Shown: one piece after another, positions 1 to 12,034 of the stretch
Position numbering within the stretch: the stretch's first letter is position 1
How the letters are laid out: the number at the start of each line of letters is the position of its first letter
Origin: Octopus sinensis
Lineage: Eukaryota
Reading direction: 5' to 3'
Length of the DNA stretch: 64,000 bases
NCBI RefSeq assembly: GCF_006345805.1
Contig: NC_043005.1
Span: 10,540,001-10,604,000, forward strand
The notes under the pieces: model-generated
Told to the model about the DNA's origin: nothing
Databases searched by the model: none
What the model saw: the letters and a program-made list of their open reading frames with translations, nothing else
Made by a program: the position numbers and the translations under genes

Positions 1-33
1 TTGAAGAGATGGCCTTCTTCTGTCACCATGTAG

Positions 34-37
34 ACAC

Positions 38-109
<72 letters not shown>

Positions 110-135
110 ACACACATACATACATATATGTATAC
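34..135. repeat. (CA)n microsatellite
   Basis: Direct run of CA/TACA units. Confidence 0.95.
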
Positions 136-238
136 ATTGTTTGTTTTTATGTTGAGGTATAATGAAAACAGTTTTATATTAAACTAAAGGATTACACAAT
201 ACTTTTTGTAGAGAACATTTTTATTATGCTTTAACAAG

Positions 239-334
239 AATAATGTTGACAGTAACTTAAAATTTTCAGCCTGGTTAGCCCTCATCAGCGAAGGCTAAGC
301 TGGCTGAAACTTCTCAGTTACTATCAACGTTATT
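239..334. other. Fold-back (about 42-bp arms, 12-nt loop) containing a hammerhead-like core
   Basis: AATAATGTTGACAGTAACTTAAAATTTTCAGCCTGGTTAGCC is the inverted complement of GGCTAAGCTGGCTGAAACTTCTCAGTTACTATCAACGTTATT with 7 mismatches; the minus strand reads CTGATGA-GGGCTAACCAGGCT-GAAA. Confidence 0.6.
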
Positions 335-354
335 ATGAAAGAATGCCATATATA

Positions 355-747
355 GGCGCAGGAGTGGCTGTGTGGTAAGTAGCTTGCTAACCAACTACAT
401 GGTTCTGGGTTCAGTCCCACTGCGTGACATCTTGGGCAACTGTCTTCTGCTATAGCCCCGGGCCGACCAATGCCTTGTGAGTGGATTTGGTAGACGGAAA
501 CTTAAAGAAGCCTGTCGTATATATGTATATATATATGTGTGTGTGTGTGTGTTTGTGTGTCTGTGTTTGTCCCCCTAGCATCGCTTGACAACTGATGCTG
601 GTGTGTTTATGTCCCCGTCCCTTGGTGGTTCGGCAAAAAGAGACCGATAGAATAAGTCCCGGGGTCGATTTGCTCGACTAAAGGCGGTGCTCCAGCATAG
701 CCGCAGTCAAATGACTGAAACAAGTAAAAGTAAAAGTAAAAGTAAAG
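355..747 (+). mobile_element. tRNA-derived SINE, family A (full length)
   Basis: Pol III A/B-box-like head (GGCGCAGGAGTGGCTGTGTGGTAAG...GGTTCAGTCCC), internal (TA/TG)n, (GTAAAA)n tail; many near-identical copies in the window. Confidence 0.9.
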
Positions 748-814
748 TATATACATATATATATGCATGTGTGTATGTTCTAAATTTGTTTGTAGTTTAT
801 GATTGATTCTACAG

Positions 815-836
815 GCAAAAACTTGTTGATCTTTAA
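815..836 (+). CDS. Possible terminal coding exon (phase 2, QKLVDL*) of a gene lying upstream of the window
   Basis: T-rich tract ending TTCTACAG, short frame to TAA, then about 650 bp of unique AT-rich sequence with AATAAA at about 1081, 1374 and 1470. Splice-signal inspection only. Confidence 0.2.
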
Positions 837-1785
837 GATTAGGTTTATTGGTTGTTTATTGTTAGACTAGTTCAACTTTGATATGAAAGTAATCTATATA
901 TCTTGAAACCCCAAAATGATTAATTCATTCTTTAATTTAGAAACTATATACATTTTAACTGTAGTGTTCATATATTTGAGAAAAATATATTTTCAAAACT
1001 TTCAGCCTTTATTCCGGTTATAACATTTTATAATGTTTCCAAACAGGTTTTTTTAAGCCCATAAAAAATTTTTTAATGAAAATAAATCTTGGAAAAATAC
1101 TGTATTGGAAATGTAACCTAGGTGATAGTTCTTAAACATCAGAAAGCAAATGCTTTATTTTTCAGTTAGCAAGGAGAAAATAACTTCTTTTTTATATATG
1201 GCTTCAAATTTAACTGGTAAACCAACCAATATAAAGTAACATAAATTTAGGTCTTGACACTATAAATATGAAGTTATTAAAAGTTAATTATTATAACTGG
1301 TAAATCATTACATAAGACTTTAACACTGAACTATTCTGTGCTTCATAATGCTAATATGATGGTAATGTTAGTTAATAAAATATGAAGTTCACAAAATACT
1401 ACATTATACTATACTCAATATTAATTTATTCAGCATAATCTAATATTGAACAGTAATGAATTATAATGTAATAAATATTAATATTGTATATATTTAACAA
1501 TGTATATATGTATGCGTGTGCTTGTGTGTTGTTCATTTAATGTCCATTTTTCCATGCTAGCATGGCTTGGATGGGAATTGATTCTGTGATAGGATTTTTA
1601 GTGCCTTATTCTCTTCCTCTTGCCATCTCTCATATGTTTTTTAGGTAAGGGATTTTTGTAGTCCCACAGGTAATTGAAAGTATGGAGTGACTGGTCATAA
1701 TGTCAACACAGATAGAAACACCATGACTGTTTCCATCAAATGGTGACAAAGGAACCATTGACATAGATAATTGCTTATTATTCCT

Positions 1786-2163
1786 TGTTGGGGCAAGCGA
1801 AATCGAAATCGAAATCGAATTGAACCAGCCAGGATCCCTGGTCTGGTGGTACGTAAAAAGCACCATCCGACTCGTGGCCGATGCCAGCACCGCCTCGACT
1901 GGCTTCCGTGCCGGTGGCACATAAAATACACCAATCCGACCGTGGCCGTTGCCAGCCTTGCCTGGCACCTGTGCAGGTGGCACGTAAAAAGCACCCACTA
2001 CACTCACGGAGTGGTTGGCGTTAGGAAGGGCATCCAGCTGTAGAAACATTGCCAGATTAGACTGGAGCCTGGTGCAGCCTTCTGGCTTCCCAGATCCCCA
2101 GTTGAACCGTCCAACCCATGCTAGCATGGAGAACGGATGTTAAACGATGATGATGATGATGAT
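1786..2163 (+). mobile_element. RTE-clade LINE 3' UTR fragment (family D) with (TGA)n tail
   Basis: Same sequence as 12709-13083, which is attached to an RTE ORF C-terminus; ends in GATGATGAT. Confidence 0.8.
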
Positions 2164-2423
2164 TCCTTTCTTCATTACAAAGATTATTACTTCAGTAGTT
2201 TCAAACCTCTTCCAACAATTCAATTGCATGGAATCAGTTTTTCTTCAACAAGTCCTCTGATTGCTCCAGTTCAATAATAAGCTTAGACGTCATCTATGTC
2301 TGCTGTTTTCACTGTTCAAGAATTTCAATTTCCTCCTGACTGAGTGGTTTCCACATAGCTGTAGCATTGATTTCTGAGAAGGCCAGTCCTTGTGTGAAAC
2401 AAAGAGAAAAATGATTACAAAAT

Positions 2424-2510
2424 GTTGGTGGATGGTATATCTTGGTTGTTGGTATATCTTGGTGGTTGGTATATCTTGGTGGATGTTGGTGGATGGTATG
2501 GTTGTTGGTA
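2424..2510. repeat. Short degenerate minisatellite (TGGTATATCTTGGTKGW-type units)
   Basis: Visible tandem units of about 17-18 bp. Confidence 0.75.
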
Positions 2511-3048
2511 TATATACATTTTCAGGTTTTCTTTTGCTTTTGACTTCAGAAAGGTTAGTTTTGATGGTGACTGAGCGACACCAGTTGGGATCAGATGGGA
2601 GCAATAATCTAAGCCTACTGAGAACAAATGTCACCCAGTAAGACTATATTAATAGTTTTGTTCAAGTTGGTTAGCTGCTCTGTCATACTGGAGTGGCTGT
2701 GTGGTAAGTAGCTGGCTACAACACGGTTCCAGGTTCATTCCCACTGAATGGCACCTTGGGTCTTCTGATCCATGCCATCATAGAAAAGCAGAAGTAAAAT
2801 GCAGAGTAATATACTTTTCATTAAAGCTTCAAAATTATCACAGATCTGTTACTCAGAGTTCCATGTTTTCATTTGTCAGACAGTTGCCAAATGTTCTCAT
2901 TTATCGAAGAACTGTCCTATGAATGGGAACATGAAACTCTGAGTAACAGTTCTGTGATAATTTTGCAACTTTAATTAAAAGTATATTACTCTACCTTTGA
3001 TATTCAAGTACTATTTTTTCCACCTTATTTTGCACTTATGTGCTCACT

Positions 3049-3600
<552 letters not shown>

Positions 3601-4519
3601 TTTTCCTCCCCATCAAAAGCCCTAAGTTTTCTTTATAACTAACCCAACTCCTCTTTTAGTATAAACTCTTTCTTCTTCCACCCCATTTCCACCCTAGATT
3701 AAATTCTGACCACTGCCATCACCTTTTCTTGTCCTTAATAATCCCTAAATTCTCCTATTTTAACTACAGCCATCTTTCTCTTGAAAGCCTACAATGGTAC
3801 TTAAGCTTTGATACTGTTTTCACCTTATAGTTTAGAGATACTTTGAGGTTACTGTCAACAGAAAATATTGGACTGTATACATATATTCTTTTAGTCAGTC
3901 AATATTTGCTGTGAATAGTTACTGAAAAACTTAAGTATATATATACACATAGCTGTGAGTGTATACATAATTGCGTGTATTTATATATATATATGAATAT
4001 ACAAAGATATGTGTCTATGTGTGCGTGCGTGCATAAATACCTATGTACATACATACATACACATTCGTATATATGTACACACACATACACACATAGGTGA
4101 CTTGAAAGGAGGCAGGTTGGGGGAAGGTAAATATAAAAATATAGAAAAATAACTACCCCAGCTCCCTGATATATGAAGTGTTTTTTTCCTTTATTGTGTT
4201 ATTTTCTTTCACTTAGCTAGATAAGACATTTATGATAACCAGTATGACTCCCTTATACTGCTGGTTGATGGTGGTTCATTGAATATTCTCAACTGATTTA
4301 ATAGAAGCTGCAATAACCAACTGGCTGGCTCATTCCCTTCCTCCTCTCTTTTCTTTTCTCTCTCTCTCTCTATTTTCGCCTTCTCCTCCATCACTATCTC
4401 CATGAACTACTCTGTGTAATTCAGTATTAATGTGGATATTGATCGAAGTGTAGAAATGGATGTGCTGAACTGTAGTTCATAGGCTGACCCAGATTGGAGG
4501 ACATCTTAGGAGAGCCCAA

Positions 4520-5040
4520 AAACCAGCATCAACACCACTACCACCACCACCACCACCACCACCATCAACACTGCTATCACTATCACCACCAACAGCATCA
4601 GGCTCAGTTATCATCTATACTAGCACCACCAGTGCCATCATCACTACTACCATCACTACCTCACACAACTGCAAAAAGCATCACTATCATGAACACTATA
4701 CCACCATCATTATCATTTTTACTATCACCATTGCTACTATCACACCAGTGTCTCTACTACTACTACTACCAGCACCACCAGCTACACCACTACCACCACA
4801 ATCAGCTCTATTGACACCATTAGCATCATCATTACTACTGTCTCACTAAGACTGCTACCACGACCACCACTACCACCATCACACCTAACACCACAATCAC
4901 TACTGCTACTACCATTATCACCACAACCATTATCACAATCACCATTATCACAACCACCACTATCGCCGTAAGCACTTCCACTACAATCACAACCATCACC
5001 AGCATCCGCAACAGCAACAAGAGTATATCATTCCATCGTA
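4520..5040. repeat. Degenerate trinucleotide repeat (CAC/CAT/TAC)n
   Basis: Direct observation; source of the His-rich and Val-rich ORFs. Confidence 0.9.
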
Positions 5041-5563
5041 GCAAGTCTGCAAATTAGTAGTTTTGTTCTACTAACCAGACAATTTGAAAATTATGCAATT
5101 GATTTATTGCACTATATTTATCCAATAGGTAATTTTTAATAATTTATGAATTAAAATATTTATTTTCAAGTTTCATTTTTTTTAGTGTATTTAAATTTAA
5201 ATGCAGTTATAACAACAATAAGGACACTGAAAAAGTGTAACTATAATGTTGAGACACTTGTCAGGCTTGTCATGTGTAACGGAAATTTTTTAATATCATG
5301 TATATAAGTACTTGGACTTGCACACACGCACACATGGCCACATCTCTCTCGCTTTCTCTCATTCTCATACACACAAATATGTATAAATACATATGCATAA
5401 ATACATATGCATCATGTACACACAATACAATACATAAATAAGATATATAATGTATCTGTATATACAAAGATACACATATATTTACAGTATATATATATAT
5501 ATATATATATTAACACATACATGCATCTATAAAAGCTGATGTTAGGATGTGTGTGTGTATATG

Positions 5564-5640
<77 letters not shown>

Positions 5641-5644
<4 letters not shown>

Positions 5645-6170
5645 TTGCTTAGAGGAAACGAAACGACACGAGGGCGCTCAGTCATACAATAGTGTAATAA
5701 ATAAAATATATGCATACATACATACATATATGTACGTACCTACATCTACATGTATATATACATGCATATATAACTATATATACGTGAGTACAGGACACCA
5801 CAAATAGACGTAGAACTCAACGAGAAACAAAAACGTAAAAACAAACATGGAAACGGACCTTTTTTTTAACAACGAAAAAACAGAGTACAAGACAAACAAC
5901 ACAAGGAAAATTCCCCTTCATCAGCTGTCCCCAGTACGACTCCAGCGTGTTTCGAAGGTGAGGACAGAACACGACTCGTCGAACTAGCCCTTCCTGTGAA
6001 AGAATTAAATAAAATTCCTTTGCAGAGGGGTAAAAACAAGGAAAGAAAAAAATATGACAAAACAGGACGTAAAAATGATACAAATAAAATTACAAAATAA
6101 AATACAAAATAAAAATACAATTACAAAAAAATACAGTACAAGAAATAAAAACAAACAAGAAAACAAACAA
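5641..6170 (-). mobile_element. CpG-intact (young-looking) unclassified repeat next to (TA)n, with hammerhead-like motifs
   Basis: Many intact CpGs versus CpG-poor flanks; minus strand has CCTTC-GAAAC...GTC...CTGATGA-AGGGG at about 5912-5958. Confidence 0.45.
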
Positions 6171-6599
6171 TGAGGGGCTTTTTTTGGCCTAGACAAGGAA
6201 AGATTTTTAAGAGCAGAGGAAGAAATCCTAAAATCAGCCTTCAGTACTTCATCCCATGTTTTCATTAGCTTCTCTCTATCCACAGCACTTTCTCGTGCCC
6301 AGTGCTTTTCTTTTTTTGCTAGGTCTGCTTGAAGGTGCAGTGCCCATGACCTCCACAAGTTCCCTAATGCCAGTGAGATTGATATTTTCAATGTTCAGCT
6401 CAAACTGTTGCTGGTCAACATCAACAGGGAAGACATGAATCAGGAGGAAATCCCAGAGGGCCACATTTTGAGGAAGTAGCACTAGGAAAGAGGGGTTAGT
6501 CAGGACCTGAGAGGTATTGCACATAACATGAATAATAAGAGGAAGAAATGAAAGTGCCTGTATGAAGGGGACAATGAGCCCAGCAAGCTCTGTGTTACA

Positions 6600-6884
6600 G
6601 AGACTGCGTCGGCTGCGGGGTCACTCCGAAAAGCTCTATCTGCGAAGATTTCATCTCAATCGAAGGAGAAGGGCTTTCTCCGTCCGGGTCACGGATCTGT
6701 GGAATAAGCTGCCGGACGAGATAGTGAAGATGCCGACGACCACTCGGTTCAAAGACTCTCTTGACCAGAAATAGCATGAAATCTTTGCATGAACACCCTC
6801 CCTGTACATAACTCCATGTCCCCCTACATGGCCTTGCTTTTGCTTTTTGAGCCAAAAAATTAACTCAACTTAACTTAACTTAAC
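6600..6884 (+). mobile_element. CR1-clade LINE 3' end
   Basis: Translates RGHSEKLYLRRFHLNRRRRAFSVRVTDLWNKLPDEIV...FKDSLD, the classic CR1 ORF2 C-terminus; (TTAAC)n tail. Confidence 0.85.
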
Positions 6885-6900
6885 TATATCAGTTGCAGAA

Positions 6901-7131
6901 GGCGGCGAGCTGGTAGAAACGTTAGCATGCCGGGCGAAATGCGTTGCCGTATTTCGTCTGCCGTTACGTTCCGAGTTCAAATTCCGCCGAGGTCGACTTT
7001 GCCTTTCATCCTTCCGGGGTCGATAAAATAAGTACCAGTTACGCACTGGGGTCAATGTAATCGACTTAATCCATTTGTCTGTCCTTGTTTGTCTCCTCTG
7101 TGTTTAGCCCCTTGTGGGTAGTAAAGAAATA
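6901..7131 (+). mobile_element. SINE family B with 16-bp target-site duplication
   Basis: GGCGGCGAGCTGG head, GAGTTCAAATTC B-box, core GGTCGACTTTGCCTTTCATCC; TSD TATATCAGTTGCAGAA at 6885-6900 and 7132-7147. Confidence 0.92.
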
Positions 7132-7435
7132 TATATCAGTTGCAGAAAATTCAGAGATAGGAGGCAGCTCTCCTTTTGACCAGAAATGGAATGTGTCTGT
7201 GAAAGATTTTATACTTGTCAGTTGAGTTGTCTTTCTCTTGATACAGTTTGTAATGCCTGTATGTGCAGAAGCAGCAGCAGCAGCAACACCTCTCAGATGT
7301 GGGAGCATCCTTCCATTATGTGCCTTGCCCGAGTTTCATTGAGTGTCAGAATGTTTGAGCTCTGAAGTAGTTTCTGATTCAGAAGACAAGGCCAATCTTT
7401 GGAATGCTGTCCTGCCTATGTTTAAGGATATGTTT

Positions 7436-7765
7436 TTCGACAGGAAGAGGTCCAGCCTTAATTTAAAAACACCTACTTTACGCAGGTTCCTCAGGCTCTT
7501 TGGGAAAATATTAAAAAGCTGTGGTCTCCTGAAACCCAGGCTGTTGCAGTAACTGGTCCTGAAGCACGATGGCATTGCTGGGACCTTTGGCACTGTGCAT
7601 TGGTGTAGCTTACAATGCCAAAATTTGGCACAATTCCTTCCAGGATCTTCCAGATATATATTACTGCATACCTCTCCCGTCTTCTCTCCAGGGAGTAGAG
7701 TCTTAGCTGCTTCAACCTTTCCCAGTAGCTGAGCTGTTGCAAAGAGACAATCTTATATATGTAGT
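7436..7765 (-). mobile_element. CR1-clade LINE fragment
   Basis: LSYWERLKQLRLYSLERRRERYAVIYIWKIL, homologous to 54683-55725 and 59697-61715. Confidence 0.85.
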
Positions 7766-8099
7766 TTATTGAGGTTGGCCCAGTGGTATTTTAGTCTGAA
7801 GTTTCCACAATATTCAACCTCTTCTTGAGAGACACCTTCTTTCACTATAGTGGTGGAAGAAATACAGAAAAAAAATGCTTATAAAGTATTGTAAATGAGT
7901 TATTAATACATTCTCATTGCTCTCTTTGCACTTCTTTTCATGCTACTTCTTCCATCATAGCAGTGGTGAGTCTAATGTCTCTTGTATGATGAATAGGTTG
8001 TGTATCATGAAAATGCTAGTGTGACAGGTCATTGGACCAACCTTAAAAACTGCTGTAATCTATGTTCATGTTGAGTTCTTCTCTAGGTTGTAACTCAAC

Positions 8100-8330
8100 C
8101 GAGCTGGCAGAAACGTTAGAGCACTGGGCGAAATGTTTAGCGGTATTTCGTCCGTCGTTACGTTCTGAGTTCAAATTCCGCCGAGGTCGACTTTGCCTTT
8201 CATCCTTTCGGGGTCGATAAATTAAGTACCAGTTACGCACTGGGGTCGATGTAATCGACTTAATACCTATGTCTGTCCTTGTTTGTCCCCTCTGAGTTTT
8301 AGCCCCTTGTGGGTAATAAAGAAATAGGTA
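8100..8330 (+). mobile_element. SINE family B
   Basis: High similarity to 6901-7131. Confidence 0.9.
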
Positions 8331-9034
8331 CTTATATATGAGTGTATGGGTATTTTCATGAAGTCATTATTCATAACTGAATCCAGCCATTTTGTCATTC
8401 ATCAGTCATGACAAGCATGATGATGTTTATAACTGGAGAGTAGCACTTTCATAGTCTTCAGTATTCACATACTTTAGATAGCAGAGTATATTTGTTCAGT
8501 AATTAGCAATATTTATTTCATGATGGCAATTATAATGAAGATCATATAAAGTGTATATCTATATCTATTAATTATTTAGCTCCAATTTAGAAATCTTGAA
8601 ACTGTGTGACGCAAACTCGTTATATTGTCTTTGCTTTGAAGATTAAGTTTTTCCTAAACACATTGAGCACTAAATTTTTTGCATTGGTTTGGTCTGGAGA
8701 AAAGGGCCGTATTCATAGTTTTTGAAAGCCTTCCTTGTCTGAATAGTTGAAAGTTGTTGGTTACAGGGGTGAAGAAAACAGGGAGAGAACCTAGAGTGAT
8801 GTTCTGTGGAGAAAATGACAGAGGGTAGTGTTTAATGCGGGTCCTGGATGTGGTAGACACAGTATGGTTGATGAGAGGAGGAAATTCAAGTGCATTGGAA
8901 ATACTAGAATGAAGATGATACAATACTCACCATCACTGACAAACATAAAAAAAGGCAAAGTAGGCAGATAGCAGATCTGTGGGCCAGAAGTTTGAGTAGG
9001 TTGATGAATTACTAAGGGCCCCCTCTAATATGTG

Positions 9035-9318
9035 GCACTTGGTGAAGAATGGAATTTGATATAGTTACCCTCACTTGCACCTCTTGCCGTGAGGTAGGTT
9101 CATCTGGGACTCTCGATAGGAAGAGGTCCAGCTTTGATTTAAAAACTGCTACTTTGTGCAAGTTCCTCAGACTCTTTGGGAGGATATATTAAAAAGCTGT
9201 GGGCCCTTGAAACCCAGGCTGTTGCAGTAGCTAGTCCTGAAGCATGATGGCATTGCTGGGATCTTTGGCACTATGCAGTGTCGTCCCTTTCTAGCATTGG
9301 TGTAGCTTACAATGCCAG
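9035..9318 (-). mobile_element. CR1-clade LINE fragment
   Basis: GRHCIVPKIP...CNSLGFKGPQLFNI, same family as 7436-7765. Confidence 0.8.
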
Positions 9319-10317
9319 TCTGATGAATAAACTTTTTTTTCTTTGTGCAGTGTAGGGTATCTATGTATAGCAGTAGCATCAGTCTGAATGCAGGAGCAGT
9401 ACTCCTTTGTCAGTCTCAGTTGTTTGGTTATATTTGTAAATGTCATGACTTCTGACCCTCTGCCTCTACCTTATATTCAAAGTTCCCTTTTTTATTCAAC
9501 TTCTTTTCATGTTTTTTTTAAATAAGGACACAAAGTCATGCATTTGTAAAGGGGGGAAAGCAGCTATGCATTTCTGTGATAGAAACAGTTTCTTTGAAAT
9601 GGTTTCCATTGGAATGCAACACCAGATTATGGTTTCCCAAATGTTGTCGTTTCTCTTAAGCTCACTAAGGGGAATACTTTGTTGCTGTGATCCACTCTTT
9701 AAATTGATGATATCATTTAAAAAATGCATGCATCAGTACATGATTGCTTGCATTGCATATTCACACATATGTGTTTGCATGCACAAGACCACATGCCCGT
9801 ATACACACATAAATGTTTACACAAACATACATTAATATTCACACAAACACACAAGCTGGTAGACTTATAATAAAATAATATTAATTGGTTACACTCAATA
9901 GTTATGTGCAAAAAGTGCAGTAGAAGTACAGAACTGATTGAGCAATGGTTACATCCATTTACATTCTAAATCCAAATTATGCCTAGTTGAACTTTGCCTT
10001 TCATCCACCCAGAGTTACCTAAGTAAGTACTAGTTAAGTGCCAGGAAGCACTATAATCAATTATAATTTTTTCCCCAAAGATGTTTGACTTTGATGAAAG
10101 TTAGAAATCTATGTTTATATACTAAGTGTATTTTGGAAAAATAATTTTATAATTTCAAGTTATTCTGAAATGAATTAGAAGTTTTGTGTATTGGTCATTA
10201 TTTAAAGTGGTAGCTGAACTCAACAGGTAAAACTTCTTTTGAGGTTTTGTTTTTTATACAGAAATATATATATATATACACTTCTTGAATACTAATTTAT
10301 AATTGACATAAAACTAA

Positions 10318-10499
10318 AGCTCCTCTGGAAGCCATCTACTCGCAATACCAGAGGGCGCACTCTCTCCTACCCTGATGTAATCTCCAGGGATACAGGCATC
10401 CAGCAACAGGACCTCCGTAATGCCATGATGGACCGTGAAGTCTGGCGTAGCATGGTAAATTCCATTGTCTCGACCACGGTCGAACAATGATGATGATGA
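10318..10499 (+). mobile_element. RTE-clade LINE 3' end
   Basis: LLWKPSTRNTRGRTLSYPDVISRDTG...AMMDREVWRSMV* followed directly by (TGA)n. Confidence 0.85.
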
Positions 10500-11449
10500 A
10501 AGCTTGATAGATGAGCAGAAATGGGATTGTGAGACATTCATGCTCCTAACAAAAAGTCAAAAGTAGAAATCATTTGTTTTTTTTAATGAAGAGTACTTCA
10601 GTTATTTGATCAACAGAACTCTCCACTCATTCTATGATAATACATGGTTATGTATTCTACAGTCATTTGTATTCTTCAAGTAATCTTCTGACAGACTCAG
10701 TGTGATGCAGTGTGGAACAAGGTTTGTCCTTTGAATTACATGTACAATCTATCTGAAGGGCTTCCACACAGTTTTTATCTACCCACTTTTGCTCACAAGA
10801 TTTAGATTGAACAGGGGCTTTGGAAAAAGATATACCAAAGCACCACAGTGAGCGTGAACCCAGGATCTCATGACTGCAAAGTAAACTTCTTTACTTCAGT
10901 ATACCCTTAAGCCTTTATTAAGAGTAAGACATGTATACAAGACATAAACAATTGTGATGCAATTTTAGAATAACATTTTAAAAATCTTTTTATTTATATA
11001 TTTCTTTTCTTTTATCCTATGTTAATATTAGTGAGTTTCTACAGCTTGAAGCTTACTCCAGCATTCATTATCAGAATAAATGACTGAGATAGGCCTCTCC
11101 TTCTAGTGAAGAAGCTAATTTAGCAAGAGTTCTCCAATTGCCAAAGAAAGTTTAGAGCTAAATTCTGAATTTTGATTGGAGTATTCATTGTGATGCCACT
11201 ACTCTCCACTGCGATATCTTGAGTTCTGTTGTTGGCTATAACTGTTGCCTAAGTACAAAGACAGGTACGGCTGAGAAGCTTGCCTCACAGCCACATGATT
11301 CTATGTTCAATCTTAGTGTATGGCACTTTAGGCAAATATCTTCTAGCTTAGCCTTGAGTCAGCCAATACCATGTGAATGGAATGTGGTAGGTAGGGACTG
11401 TCTGGAAGCTCATTGTATACATAACTGATAACCCTTTCACAGTTTGATA

Positions 11450-11674
11450 TTAACCCTTTTGTTAATAACCCGGCCAAAACCTGCTCTGGCTCTGTGGTAA
11501 AATGTCTTGTTTTCATAAGTTTTGAATTAAAATATTCCACCAAGCCTTAGTCACAATTTATGTTCGTAACACTAGCTGAATGATAACTAAGTTATTTCAC
11601 TAAATTCTTTGTTATATTCAAAATAATTGAAAGAAACACAGAGCATCTCAAAATAAATACAGTAACAAAAGGGT
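11450..11674. mobile_element. TTAA/CCC..GGG MITE (piggyBac-like), second subfamily
   Basis: TTAACCCTTTTGTTA ... TAACAAAAGGGT terminal inverted repeats. Confidence 0.75.
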
Positions 11675-12034
11675 AGGAAATAAAGAATAGTTAATCCAAC
11701 AAAGAATGAAAACTTGGTCATCAAACATTGTTCACTGACAATTTGGCACCACTCTATGGTAGTTACTAACAGAGAGAGGATTTACAACTGACTGAACATA
11801 GATAAAAATGCCTTTAGTCAGCATAATTTACATATAGATTCAATATTCAGTGAATCAACAGGAAATTTCAATGTAGTCACTCATTCTGCTAGAACTAGCA
11901 GCCAAATATTCCTCAAATCACATTCTATAGTTTTAAAATAGGATGCACTAGTTGGACAGTGTAATCTTACACACACACAGAGGAAAATAAGTCTTTCCAC
12001 ACAAGTAGAAGTATAAGAGAAAAAAATTGACAAT

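Larger units (their letters stand above)
6171..7435 (-). pseudogene. Degraded L1/Tx1-like ORF2 C-terminal remnant, interrupted by a CR1 end and a SINE
   Basis: Frameshifted peptide KISISLALGNLWRSW...DREKLMKTWDEVLK resembles the W-rich C-terminus of L1/Tx1 ORF2; protein-like sequence resumes at 7148-7435. Family assignment is from memory. Confidence 0.3.

Noticed and set aside
4494-5044. His-rich and Val-rich ORFs
   Set aside because: Degenerate trinucleotide repeat, no splice signals or domain content.
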